This document shows, one piece after another, positions 28,501 to 40,030 of a stretch of DNA of 64,000 nucleotides (the first letter of the stretch is position 1; each line of letters begins with the position of its first letter). The stretch is from the NCBI GenBank assembly GCA_903813345.2, contig CAIIXF020000001.1, forward strand, positions 29,264,001 to 29,328,000. The letters run 5' to 3'. This DNA comes from Owenia fusiformis (Eukaryota). The notes beneath the pieces were generated by a model. The model saw only the letters and a program-made list of their open reading frames with translations. It searched no databases and was not told the origin of the DNA. The translations under genes were made by a program, and so were the position numbers.

Positions 28501-31500
28501 GTCTGTGTTTCATAACTGATAATTGGCTATGTGTTTTATTACTGATTTATAGCTGTGTTTTATTCAAGATACAGTACAAAATTGTACATGGCTGTGTTCA
28601 TCTTCCAGATACGTGTGTGTGTTTTCAAGAGTGAAGAAGGAAAAGTATGTAATAAGCATGATGATAACCAACAGAGATTATGAAGAAGAAGATTACGATT
28701 ATCGAAAATAGGCTTTTAACAGGCGCCATATGGTGGTGTAAGACAATCTCAAATTCATGAACTGTTTGAGAATAAGCAATGACGAAATAAAAAATTATGT
28801 TTAAAGCTTCATGATTTTTTCTCATTTTTAACCATTCTAAAATATATACAAGACATTAACATGACAAAATGTCACCACCTTAAATGGTTACTTAAGTGTA
28901 ACAATTGTAACAGATGAAGGTCAAGCAAAGGTCAAAGCTAGAGTCGGATTTGAACTTCTGAGAACTTGTAGATGATTTTGAAAAAGATTGTCAATTTGAA
29001 GCAAGATTAAAAGTACCTTTTTTGACCTTCAGTATGTTACCATGGTAACAGATGTTGGCAGAAATGTGTTACAACTCATTAGATGTTTAGATATATTTAC
29101 AATAAAATTTGAAGCCAGTCTTATATATTTTTTAAATTATTGGAAGTTGTAAAAATTTATTACAGGCTCTGCCGCCCACTGAACACGAACCACCATCCAC
29201 AAGAGTATAACAATAGCATAAGTATATTAAAGATCGTCACACATTTATAAAAGGGAGATTTTATTTTGACAAATCAATTTCACATTTATGGGTGAAGTTT
29301 CATGATCTTCTATTCACATCCAGTGATCGTACAAAATGGATGGAGGGGGGAGTGGGCAATTTCTGCAAGAAAACTCAACAAATTTCGAAGTTTTATTTTT
29401 TCAAGAGAAAATTTACAACTGAATTGCCAAATGAATAGGCACAGTGCATGGAAAAATATATAAGGTCTTCTAGCATTTTTTTTGAACTGATACGCTTCTA
29501 AGATGTGAGATCTAATAAAAAAGGCGCATAATCACTTACGTGCAAAAGTCAATGTTTTTGCTATAAATCAGGCAACAATGGTCTACTTGACGTGTGCTAT
29601 TTGTGTATAATAAGGAAAAAATGACATCTTAATTTCCCCATAACATTTTAGTACGCAGCTTGGCATATGAAATATACTCCAAATGAAACAAAGTAGTTGG
29701 TTCTAACACAAGTATTTATATTGGCTGTTGTATATGCATTCTTTGAACAAACACTCTTTTAATTAATGTTTTCAGAATCATTAAAAACAGATAACCTTAT
29801 CTCCAAGACATTTCAATAAACTTGATTTTACAAAACTCCCCTCCAAATATCTATCCAATAATCCTCAAAATATTGACATCTAATTATTAATCTTTAGTGC
29901 TCAGAGTCAATCAATATGTAATTGGAGTTTAATAGCCTTTATGTCAACATTTATGCAACAAGATATAAAACAAAAAATAATTACTTCAACACAATAACCA
30001 GACAGAAGATGGTGAAGATTTTAGACCTTCTCATTTTATCTTAAAATGTCCTCTGCTTGTAAACGAGCGTGAAACTTTATTTGCAGGACTGCGAACTTCA
30101 GATCTTCATCTTTTGGTTCAGAGTTGAGAGTTCAGCATGCATAAATACATGAGTCATTATCAGGCAAAGGTCCCTCTCTTTCAAAATGGTGTCCAGTAAT
30201 TAAGTGCCAATTTCAATAGTTTTAGTTTTCATCAAATTGAATCACTTTGCCTGTTTTTTTAAATGATAGATATCAGTGCAATTAACAATTGCAAAGTGTT
30301 TATGGATCTTATGTTCAACGAAGACAAAAGAGACACATGGAAGGAATTTTCGAAGAAATTTACAGAGGATGCAATCTTGATACTGGATTCACAGGAGATA
30401 ATTAAAGGAAGAAAAGGTATGAGTATTTAGTATTTACCAGATCTATAATGCAAGCCTTATTTGTACTACTATTGTGCTGGGATCCTGCATAGAAATTTTA
30501 AGTTTAAATACTTAACAAAATCACTTTCACAGAAACAACTGATATTTGAACCATTTCCTGATTAGTTTGTAATTCTAATGTGATTCTTATATGATTCAAT
30601 TGAAATTCATATTCCTCAGAACTGTTTCCAGATAGTGAAGATCTCCAATGATCATCATAACTCATATTGAATCACGTAAATTATGCTCATTATTCTCATA
30701 ACTCATTGAATCACATAAATTATGCTCATTATTCTAAAAACTCATTGAATCACATAAATAATGCTTATTATTCTCATAAATCATTGAATCACATAAATTA
30801 TGCTCATTATTCCCATAACCCGCTGGATCACATAAATTATGCTCATTATTCTCATAACTCATTGAATCACATTAATTATGCTCATTATTCTCATAACTCA
30901 TTGAATCACATAAATTATGCTTATTATTCTCATTACTCATTAAATCACATAAATTATGCTCATTATTCTCAAAACTCATTGAATCACATAAATTATGCTC
31001 ATTATTCTCATAACTCATTGAATCACATAGATTATGCTCATTATTCTCATAACTCATTGAATCACATAAATTATGCTTACTATTCTCATTACTCATTGAA
31101 TCACATAAATTATGCTTATTATTTTCATAATTCATTGAATCACATAAATTATGCTTATTATTCTCATAACTCATTGAATCACATAAATTATGCTCATTAT
31201 TCTCATAACTCATTGAATCACATAAATTATGCTCATATTTCTCATAACTCATTGAATCACATATAGTATGCTCATTATTCTCAGAACTCATTGAATCACT
31301 TAATTGTGCTCATTATTCTCATAACTCATTGAATCACATAAATTATATGCTCATTATTCTCATAACTCATTGAATCACATATAGTATGCTCATTATTCTG
31401 ACAATGTACAAACTGGAATGTAATTTCTATTTTCAAGTATTTTTAACTTTAATATCTTTTCAGCTATCTTCAAGTATTTTTACAACCTATGGTGGTTTGG

Positions 31501-34500
31501 GATGGGAACAGGTGACAACATCAAATGGTATCCTTGGTGATAAATTTACTCCATACATGCATGGTACATTAACACTTCTCTTTGGATCTGGTAAGGAAGT
31601 CTCGAAACACAGGTAGGTAAATCATTTCATCTGATGTACATTATGACAACATAAATCTAGCCAATGTACACTTGTTTCTTTAGAAAAGGAAGGAATTACT
31701 GGAAAAGTCACTTGACCTTAAACTTGAGCTATGTAAAATTTTTTGACACATGACAGCATGTATTATTTCTCACATAAGATTACATGTAATGTATATATGA
31801 ATGTATTTTAATACGTAACTGTAATGTCTTACTTAAACATGTCTGAGTTTCATAACTTATAATTGGCAGTGTTTTATTTCTGATTTATGGCTGTTTTATA
31901 TTATTCAAGATACATGTGCAAAATTGTACATATGTGTTTCTTTTTTCTTACAGATACGTGTGTGTGTTTTCAAGAGTGAAGAAGGAAAAGTATGAAATAA
32001 GCATGATGATGACCAACAGAGATTATGAAGAAGAAGATTACTACGATTATTGAAAATAGGCTTTCAACATTTCAATATGCTGTCGTGAGACATCTCAAAT
32101 TGATAAACCGTGAGACGAATGATGAAATAAAAATTGTTTTCAGAAATTCATGATTTTTGAGGTTTCTTATTTTTATCCATTCCACCTTATACAAAATCTG
32201 TTCTCACTTTTGAGTGGAAAGTAGTTAGTATATAAATATATTATTAAGCAATATTTTCCCCATGGTGTCTAAAACATATATTAAGAGAGAAGTATAATGT
32301 TGTCCTGGCCATCAAATTGTACCCAAATGGATCACAGTTTGGTTTGCCCTATTTAGTATTCATAGTTCCCAATTCTTGACACTTACATGTACTATATTGT
32401 TTCTTCAGCTAAATTTCACAGAATTTGAAACTTTTAAAACTGAAAACAAGAGGACAGAGTATTTGTTGAACATCTGTTGCTAAACCTAAAAATTACCCAC
32501 AGTAGAAAAAACATGCGAGTGTAGAAATAAGCCACATAGGAATGAAAAATGTTTGTACCTGCATGCTACCGAGTCTAACAACCTCTTCTTGAAGCTCCTT
32601 ATTCTCTGCCTCTAGTCGAGAAACTATGGACTTGAGGGTGTCCCCTGAAGCTGTAGGGCTGTCCTTAAAGTTTGCCAATTCATTCTGTGCATTTAGCAGC
32701 TGCCCCATGAAGTCTGCTTTCTCCTGTTGATGCTGTTTCAGCTGCTCTATCAGCTTAACTGTGCTTGAGATTGGTCGCCTGGACTCCTGGCTTGTATCAC
32801 CTGAGCCAAAATTGACTGCTTTTGAGATATACAATTTCTTGATTTCTTAATATCGGTACTTTTATATTTAAACTTTAAACACTGTTTTGAACTAAGAAGA
32901 ATAATTCAAATACACTTCAGAGCAAGGAATGTTCTAAAATTGCTGCTTCAAATCCCTTGATACAACATCTCTTAACAGTGAATACTGATCTCTATCCCTC
33001 AAGACCCCCTCCCTTTCAGGCAGCAGGATGCTATGCCCATGAAAAAGTACCTCACCCAGTTTAATTTAGGGAAAATCATAAAAAAACAGTCCTAATATAT
33101 CTTATTGTAAAGCTAACTTCTGAACCATGATAGAATCAATAGTTTTTTACCAATGAGCTCAGCCTCCAGTTGCATGATCTTAGCCTCCTGTTCCTGTATA
33201 ACATCTTCTAAATTGCTGATCAACAGCATTTTGTCCTGCAAGTGTGATTCATGTGTCTTCCGCATGATCTTAATCTGCTGTTTCTTGTTGGTCTCCTCCT
33301 TCTGTAATCTCGTCCTATATTGTTTGTTCTTATCGGACAGTGTCTGGAAATTTAGAGGTTTTGTAAAATGTTACATTGGAGAAATACAACTCTAAGGCAT
33401 TTAGAGATTTAAAAAGCATACACATTAAGGTTGCCAAGATTCAATTGATACTTTGATATTAAGATGATTTGATAAAAACAATTTCATTATATGTATAATT
33501 TAGTTTTATGTGTCTCTCTTATACTATAAATGCACATATAGAGAGCGTATATGATAACTTGTCAAACCTACTTTGATTCTAAAGAGAAGCTCATCCCTCT
33601 GTTGATTCCTTTCCTCCAGCTCCTTCTTCAATGACTGGTACTCTACTATAGAACAATTCCCTGCAAGTATAAAACAGCACAAGTGTTTTGTAGAATTATA
33701 TAATACAGGGTGGTCGGCATGATGACATCCACATACATCACTGTTGAAAAACAGTTAAACACTGTTTGAAACTTCTGTACATCCATGTTTCATGACAAAC
33801 ATCATCAATTTTGAATTTACATAAAAGATTGAGATTAACAAACTAATATCTAATGTAAGGTTACCCCTCTACCTATAGTTTATTGTCTTACATATTAATA
33901 TTGCTATCCTTAATTTTTCAATGATTTCATATGATTCATATCTACTTTATAATCTTAAAATCATTGCAAACGGAATCAAACTGAACCATAGTTGAGTTTA
34001 AAAACCCAAAAAATACTAGAGACATGGTCAATATTGCTGAAGTTAAAAATTTAAATCGATTTTTACATATATTTTCAGTAGAATTCTGCAGAAGATTGCA
34101 ACCAAGATTCTTCAGAACACCCTGTATTTGCAACATGTCCTTAGTTATTCTCTCACCTTCATCATTTTCTTTATCACTCTCCTCCTCTGATCCCGAGCTA
34201 GCTTCCTCCTCTTCTTCATCCTCGTCTGTAAGCAGAAGAGGAGAGAGATACAAATCATTATATAAATATATTTATTTTCAAAAATTTCTCATTTTGAAGA
34301 ACGATTCATAAATTTAATTGAATATTATAAGACATACTTTTGGACACTATTTCTAATACCAAGTAATACAAATATTCTTACAAAGATATGATCAGAGATA
34401 TTTCTGACTTTGTTTTCTAGTGGCCATTTTGAATTTTAAGGAGAACTCATAAATGACAGAATATTTGAGACCTATGCTGAATATGGACTTAACAATTATA

Positions 34501-36924
34501 CAATGAAAGATTGGTTCAAGTAAACTGGTTCAAACATATAATTAGGGAATTTACAATAGAGTAGTTCTTGCCCTTGTGTTACCTGAACTGATTTTGCTAA
34601 GTTATACATTATACAGTAGTTTAATATACTTCATACCTAGTCCTAGTTCCTCTTTCCACAGCTCAAACTTTGAGGGTGAAGGTTTAGCCTGTTCTCCTGC
34701 CAGCCTGGGACTGAATGTCATGGGCGTCTTAAACACTGGCGACATATCCTTCTGGAAAATGGAGTTATTATTGTGAATGCATACAAAGTAGGTAAACATG
34801 TGATGGCAAAATGGAATACCAACATAGGGATAATTTTTAAAATCTCGCTCAACTTTAGGATATAAATCCATGGTACTATATTATATCATGGTATGTTTCT
34901 CTGAGAAATATGGGTCAATTACAATTATTTAGAAGTGTATCCTTATGTACCATGTGACATTCGACTGTATGACAAAACTATTCATCTAAGAGTAGTATAT
35001 ATTACTCAGAATGCTCCATCCAAATGGATTATAATATCATTTTATGTAGCCTTTCAAATAAACTACAGTTAAATAATTCTATTTCATATACAAACTTACT
35101 GAGCACCTTCTTCCATCTTGTTGTGAATTTGACATATGTAAATTGTTAATAAAAATATGAATGTTGCATATAATCTGAAAATTTCTTCAGTTCTTATTCT
35201 CAGTTTGAGTCGTATAAAGCATCCTAATCCACTTCAATTCTTGGACTAAACTGCATGATTAAGGTAAAGCTGATTGCTATTTGGTAACTATGACAATCGA
35301 GAGTGTGTTTATTAGCAACACCTTTCCTGGTAAAAAATTCTTCAGGAAATTAGAGACATTCTTCAGTGTTTATGATTCTCCCAACATCACCAGGACTAAT
35401 CCAATTTCCTACGTTTTATACATGATACATTTGGAGAAAATATTGATGTAAGATGATTGCATTATACTCCACAATAATGCATGATTAAAATCTTACCATT
35501 AATAATTAACATGCCCTATTCATCACGCAATGTCGTGAAGAATATTACTAACGAGAAATAGTGTGACAAGTAATTAAATCATTAATCCTCAATGTGAGAA
35601 AGATAATATCATGTAATGATTGAAAACACTAATTGCAAAAGTAGAGAAATTATCAGAAAACAAATATTCTCAGGATATTTGATATAAACTAGTATACGAG
35701 TAGTGTTACTTTAAAAATGAAGAAAGAACAGCCTACATTTACTCAAGTCTAAAAATTTGGCTACAGAAATCACATTATGTTACTCTGTACTCTAGAAAAT
35801 GGTTTGCTAGTGTTGAGTTCTCATTTTAAATATAATTCAAAAATATTTGTGAGAACGGTAATTGTTTTGAAATAGAAACGGCATTTTGTCATAAGTGAGA
35901 TATCTATTTCATTGTAATAGCGGGAAAATGATCTCCTTTTCCAGAGAAGGTGAAATTGTCCTCCCAATCATAATATACGTGTATATATCTTTTATTGACT
36001 CCCTTATGTCATTAGGGGAGGCATCAAAAGTTCGATGTCGGATAGAAAACTAAATAAATCTAGTTAGGGGGGGAGGGGGTTCAAACCCATTTCAGTTTGC
36101 TATCCGACAAATTTCAACATTTCAAATTTTTGGCAATTTCAACTCAGAATGCCTTGGAATGGTTTAAAAATAAAGATTTTACCTGATGCTTTCTTCGTCA
36201 AGATCATTCCAATGGATTATATTCTATCAATAGTTGTTAAAAGCCGCAAATTACAATAGGAATTAACAAAAACTAGATCGTGTTTAGCAATAATTTTTCA
36301 AATTCTCAAACCGGAAGTAAGCGCTCAACTTTCACGGTATTTAGTTTTGGGGGGGAGGGGGTGGTCTGAGTCAAAACTAGATTTATTTACAATGTCATAT
36401 TAGTCAGCAAATGAGTATTTATTAAGCGGCTATACAATATCTTACAGAAGTGCCTGGCCCTATATAGAATGAAGTAGTTCAAATAACAGTTTCTTCCATC
36501 ATTTATAATGCACATAGATGTTAAACTGAAAGCTCTTTAGTTTACCTCTACGAATTTAAAGTAAGGGGTTTCTCACTTATGAAACATCACTTGTCAGAGA
36601 ATAAATAAGTTATGTTATGCTCGGTTTTGGATATGGGGTATGACTCTCAGGAAATATGATATCTTACCTCAGACCCCCAGGACCCCGAGTAAGATATCTA
36701 TATATTATATATATATATTGGATATGGGGTATGTCTCTCATGAAATATGCTATCTTACCTCAGACCCCCAGCAGGGCCCCGAGTAAGATATCTATATATC
36801 CCGAGGGATACACCCCATATCCAAAACCTCCCATAACATAACCCTCATAATTCTTATCTTATGAACTTACCCTTCTTAAAGGAGTGCCAGATGCCTGTTT
36901 TGCCCATGGAGAGTTATGAGACAT
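16564..36924 (-). CDS. KIFC3: Kinesin-14 family C-terminal motor protein, KIFC3-like (about 939 aa, 19 coding exons)
   Basis: GT-AG exons in consistent phase: 36871-36924, 34637-34751, 34121-34225, 33572-33660, 33151-33343, 32559-32800, 24246-24386, 23536-23739, 23088-23267, 22468-22746, 22128-22239, 21759-21940, 20730-20834, 20277-20407, 19644-19761, 17934-18063, 17333-17530, 16931-17109, 16564-16626 (2820 nt). Long coiled coil, kinesin-14 neck [25 protein letters not shown]-loop GQTGSGKT, switch I NEHSSRSH, switch [37 protein letters not shown]. Confidence 0.95.
18152..18960. mobile_element. Intact non-autonomous DNA transposon with 9-bp TSD (Mutator-like by TSD length)
   Basis: tgaataacc|tagccttgcccaagtcgg ... 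ccgacttgggcaaggcta|tgaataacc; imperfect TIR extends about 65 bp to accgccttgtacaa. Confidence 0.88.
19800..20137. mobile_element. hAT-like MITE inserted in a (CAATA)n tract
   Basis: TIR catggcttaaag / ctttaagccatg; caataca on both flanks (ambiguous as a TSD because of the microsatellite). Confidence 0.65.
25905..28711 (+). CDS. Nested secreted SnoaL-like/NTF2-fold (DUF4440-type) protein, 160 aa, 4 exons
   Basis: Exons 25905-25995, 27190-27327, 28066-28216, 28609-28711 (483 nt, GT-AG, phases 1,1,2) give [160 protein letters not shown]; hydrophobic signal peptide; F-xx-DA...I-x-GR-x-AI and terminal Y-x-x-V-F...Y-x-I strand pattern typical of SnoaL-like domains; AATAAA at about 28786; exons conserved in the adjacent paralogue. 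Confidence 0.85.
27675..27845. repeat. Imperfect foldback (hairpin) repeat in intron 2 of the nested gene
   Basis: aatatagacc...agcaggggta...aatacacccc...agggctaggcacaaa mirrored by tttgtgcctagccct...ggggtgtatt...tacccctgct...ggtctatatt. Confidence 0.7.
28848..29215 (+). mobile_element. Single-monomer copy of the HINE-like element at 42625-44043
   Basis: Same left end acaagacattaacatgacaaaatgtcaccacct and one monomer (aaggtcaaa...gatttgaacttctgagaacttgtagatgattttgaaaaa...tttttgacctt). Confidence 0.7.
30009..32053 (+). pseudogene. Tandem paralogue of the nested SnoaL/NTF2-like gene, disrupted
   Basis: Exon 1 diverges after ATGGTGAAGATTTTAG and stops within 12 codons (signal peptide and donor lost); exon 2 30270-30416 open (+9 nt); exon 3 31464-31612 is 149 nt versus 151 (2-nt deletion, frameshift, early TGA); exon 4 31954-32053 open; promoter and introns also alignable to copy 1. 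Confidence 0.8.
30652..31400. repeat. 39-bp minisatellite, about 19 copies
   Basis: Unit tattctcataactcattgaatcacataaattatgctcat; explains the 13-aa periodic ORFs 30667-31266 and 30872-31291. Confidence 0.95.
36605..36850. repeat. Foldback/MITE-like element with internal direct repeat
   Basis: gttatgttatgctcggttttggatatggggt ... accccatatccaaaacctcccataacataac; internal duplication tatcttacctcagacccccag...cccgagtaagatatcta; related to 12427-12490. Confidence 0.7.
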
Positions 36925-38068
36925 CGTAAATCGGAGTGAATATTCTTGCACTTAGAAAAATGGGTCTCTCCGTTCTGATGAGTAGTTTTAATAAGCCTGT
37001 TTAGACATGTTTCCTTTCTTTACCTGAAAGTATAGAGCAGATGTTTAGATGATTATAACTTTATAAATTTTAAATGGTACAAAATTCAAAAAAATTACCC
37101 AAGAAAACTGTGTTACTCTTTCATAAAAGTATCAAACTTAACAAGTGTCTGACAGAATTGGCAACTTTTGGACTGGATTAAGTCTGACTACTATGGAAAA
37201 ATAGAGCTAATATAAAATAAAAAAAGAAAGAAAAAATAGAATTTAATTTATGTTTTATTTACCATAAAACAAAATTCCTAGGTTAAAAATCTATTTTTTC
37301 TCATTAATCATTTTTTTAAATCAAATATTAATTTTCATTGTTTTATTACACATAGTGCAATAAAATTCTTCCATGTGAGTTTTGAATAATTAATCCAATA
37401 GAATTGTAAATATAAATAGCACATGCAAAGCTCAGCATGTATAATACATTTACATGTACACTTAAAAATACACAAACTATGCAATATAAATCCATATTGG
37501 TATTTATTGGTTTTCAGCTTATGAGAGTTAAATGTAATATGTGAAAGGTTAAGTGTACTGCATTGAACTGTAGAGCGGGAAGCCATGATGATTGTACACA
37601 AAATGGAGGGAGAAAATAAGATACTGCCAAATATAAATTGGAGTTTTATTCTTAGTTTTAACTATGAATAAACAGTATTTCAACAATTATTTCATTTCCA
37701 GGTTCTAAGTGAAACTACAAGCTAAATGGAGATCAACTATTTTAGTATGAAAACACTGTATCATCTAGGATTTTTAGTACCATTGTGAAAGAATTTCAAT
37801 ACTTGTGGCTCAGCAACACAACCTTCTAGTTCTTCTTGATAAAGCATGGATGTATAGTCTAGTGACATTTTTTAAACAGGTTAATAGTTTAGACAACACG
37901 ATTTAGGAATGTACCAAAACACAAACATACAGAACTGTTTACTACGTCATTTATATTCATAGCAACTAAAAACATTACATCATTTGGAAATTAAAAAGTA
38001 ATAGGGACAATTTATAATACCGATACATTGCTACAGAACTATAATACAACGAAGTATTATATAACATT

Positions 38069-38584
38069 ATGTCTGCAGCCGCATCAAATGGGCCAGCAGC
38101 GGCTAATGACAATGATAACAATGAATATGCAGCAACATTTGACAAAGATAAATTTGAAAAGATGGAGCCGCGACAGCTCCATGATGAACTGAAACTATCG
38201 CATGCAAAGTTTTCCAGGGCATGTGACCAATTATTGCTGATCGATGATCGTGTAAAACAGATTGAAGTCCGATATCAAAGGGCTGTAAAACGTAAGAAGG
38301 AATCGTCACGATATGCTCAAAGACTGAATCTGTCCATTATGACTGGTTTAAAATGTGTGATGTATGAATATGCCATGCGGATGGCAGCCCAGGTTGAGGG
38401 AATCAGAAAAATAGCCGAAAAGTATTCTGATCTTGAAGATGATTATTTCTACACAGATGATGATGATTCAGACGAAGATGAATCAGATGATAACAATGAT
38501 GAGAGCCAAGACAATGATGAGAATAGTGACTCAAACAATGACAGTAATAACTCAAATAATGACCAACAAATGGACAGTTCATGA
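38069..38584 (+). CDS. Intronless uncharacterised 171-aa protein (helical/coiled-coil core, acidic D/N-rich tail)
   Basis: 516-nt ATG-initiated ORF with protein-like composition in very AT-rich DNA; AATAAA at about 38864; antisense to the presumed kinesin 5'UTR intron. Confidence 0.7.
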   Translation: MSAAASNGPAAANDNDNNEYAATFDKDKFEKMEPRQLHDELKLSHAKFSRACDQLLLIDDRVKQIEVRYQRAVKRKKESSRYAQRLNLSIMTGLKCVMYEYAMRMAAQVEGIRKIAEKYSDLEDDYFYTDDDDSDEDESDDNNDESQDNDENSDSNNDSNNSNNDQQMDSS

Positions 38585-39752
38585 ATATTGTTTATGGCTT
38601 TACTTTGCCATTAGCCAACAAGTTTATGGCTGAAAGGGTCAGGAGGTGTCATGTAATATTATCCATTCATGAATAACTGACTAGTATAAAAATACCTCAG
38701 AAAAATGTCAAGTCAGATTTTTAGTATGATACAGGTAGTTTTTTAACCAGTACATTAAAACAATGAACAAATACTAAGAAAGAATGTAGTTTTGATAATT
38801 GAAAGTAGATTGACCTTTATTGTAGATATATTCCATAGCTAGATCATAACATCATGTAAAATAAATAAAAAAGAAATATTAATATTTTGTAAAAACACTT
38901 CTGACTTTCTTACTTATTTAGCAAGGAACATTATTGTAAACTGAAAGAGTGAAGACGAAGCTGTCTTTTAAGAAGTTGAACAAATGCAAAAGTGTAGTAA
39001 TCTTGGGGATGGGGTTGCTAAACTGTAATATAGTCTATGCTAGGCAGAGGGTAGTTTATATCTAGACTCTGCACCAAGGTAAAATTTTACTGAGTGGCTT
39101 CACGAAAAAATAAACAGGGTTATAGGCCACCTTAATCTTCACAACAAGATATTATTAATGTCACCACCCGCCATTTGTTACAGACGCTAAACACCAAATG
39201 CCCAACATCCAGACACAAATCAAAAAAGAACTTTCCTTTAAGTATAATAAAGACAGATCTAAAAATGAACAGCGTTCCTGTTATCACATGTTGCAAACTT
39301 GCCCCTGTTGGGTCAGGCCAAAAAATTTAAATACTGTACTCCCGGTAATTTTCGCCCACTACTATATTCCGCGAGTTTTGGCAGAGATTAATAGCTGCGG
39401 GATTTCAAAAAACTGAAAATTAGCGAAATATAATAGCCGCGAAATTTCAAAATGCCAAAAACACGAAATATAATAGCGTCAAATATTAGTGGGAGTACGA
39501 GTAAGTTAAATTGACATATCTTGCATATATGCTATAGAACATTCATACAGTGATTCTCTTTAATTGTACACATTTTCAGCCAATTTGAACAAAATATTTT
39601 TTACATACAACTACATACATACATCTTTCCACCAAATGAAGAAAATCAGTCACCCAGGATCTAGGCCCCAGACAGACACACAAGGGTCCTCACTATATCC
39701 CTTGCAGATAGTTTGGGGAGTAGAGTGGGTAAGTAAAACTTTGACATCTTAC

Positions 39753-40030
39753 CTTAGAACTTGCTGTTATGATCACAATACAACCAGGACTTGGATTAAA
39801 CAGTGAATATCCGCCACTCGCTTGACTTGGCACAGAAATAATTCGCATTTGTATGCTGTATCTCCAACTTAATGTTTTGTATTATCATCTATGTGATGCT
39901 ATTATTCAAACCTTCAGTGATACTGTTGTAAACTTGCCCCATGAGTTGAGTGCTGGTTCTACGAATCTACCAATCTGCCTAGATATATGCTAGCTAGTAA
40001 TGATGTCGTTCAGAGATAGTAAGAGACAAT
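39753..40030 (-). other. Putative non-coding 5'UTR exon of the kinesin gene
   Basis: Minus-strand acceptor tattttacag (40031-40040) and donor AAG|gtaaga (39752); the exon carrying the kinesin ATG begins at an acceptor (37024), so at least one upstream exon is needed. Confidence 0.5.

Noticed and set aside
30667-31291. His/Asn/Tyr-rich 199-aa ORF and antisense 139-aa ORF as repeat proteins; array as CRISPR-like
   Set aside because: Both frames are by-products of a 39-bp intronic minisatellite; units are contiguous with no unique spacers and there are no cas genes
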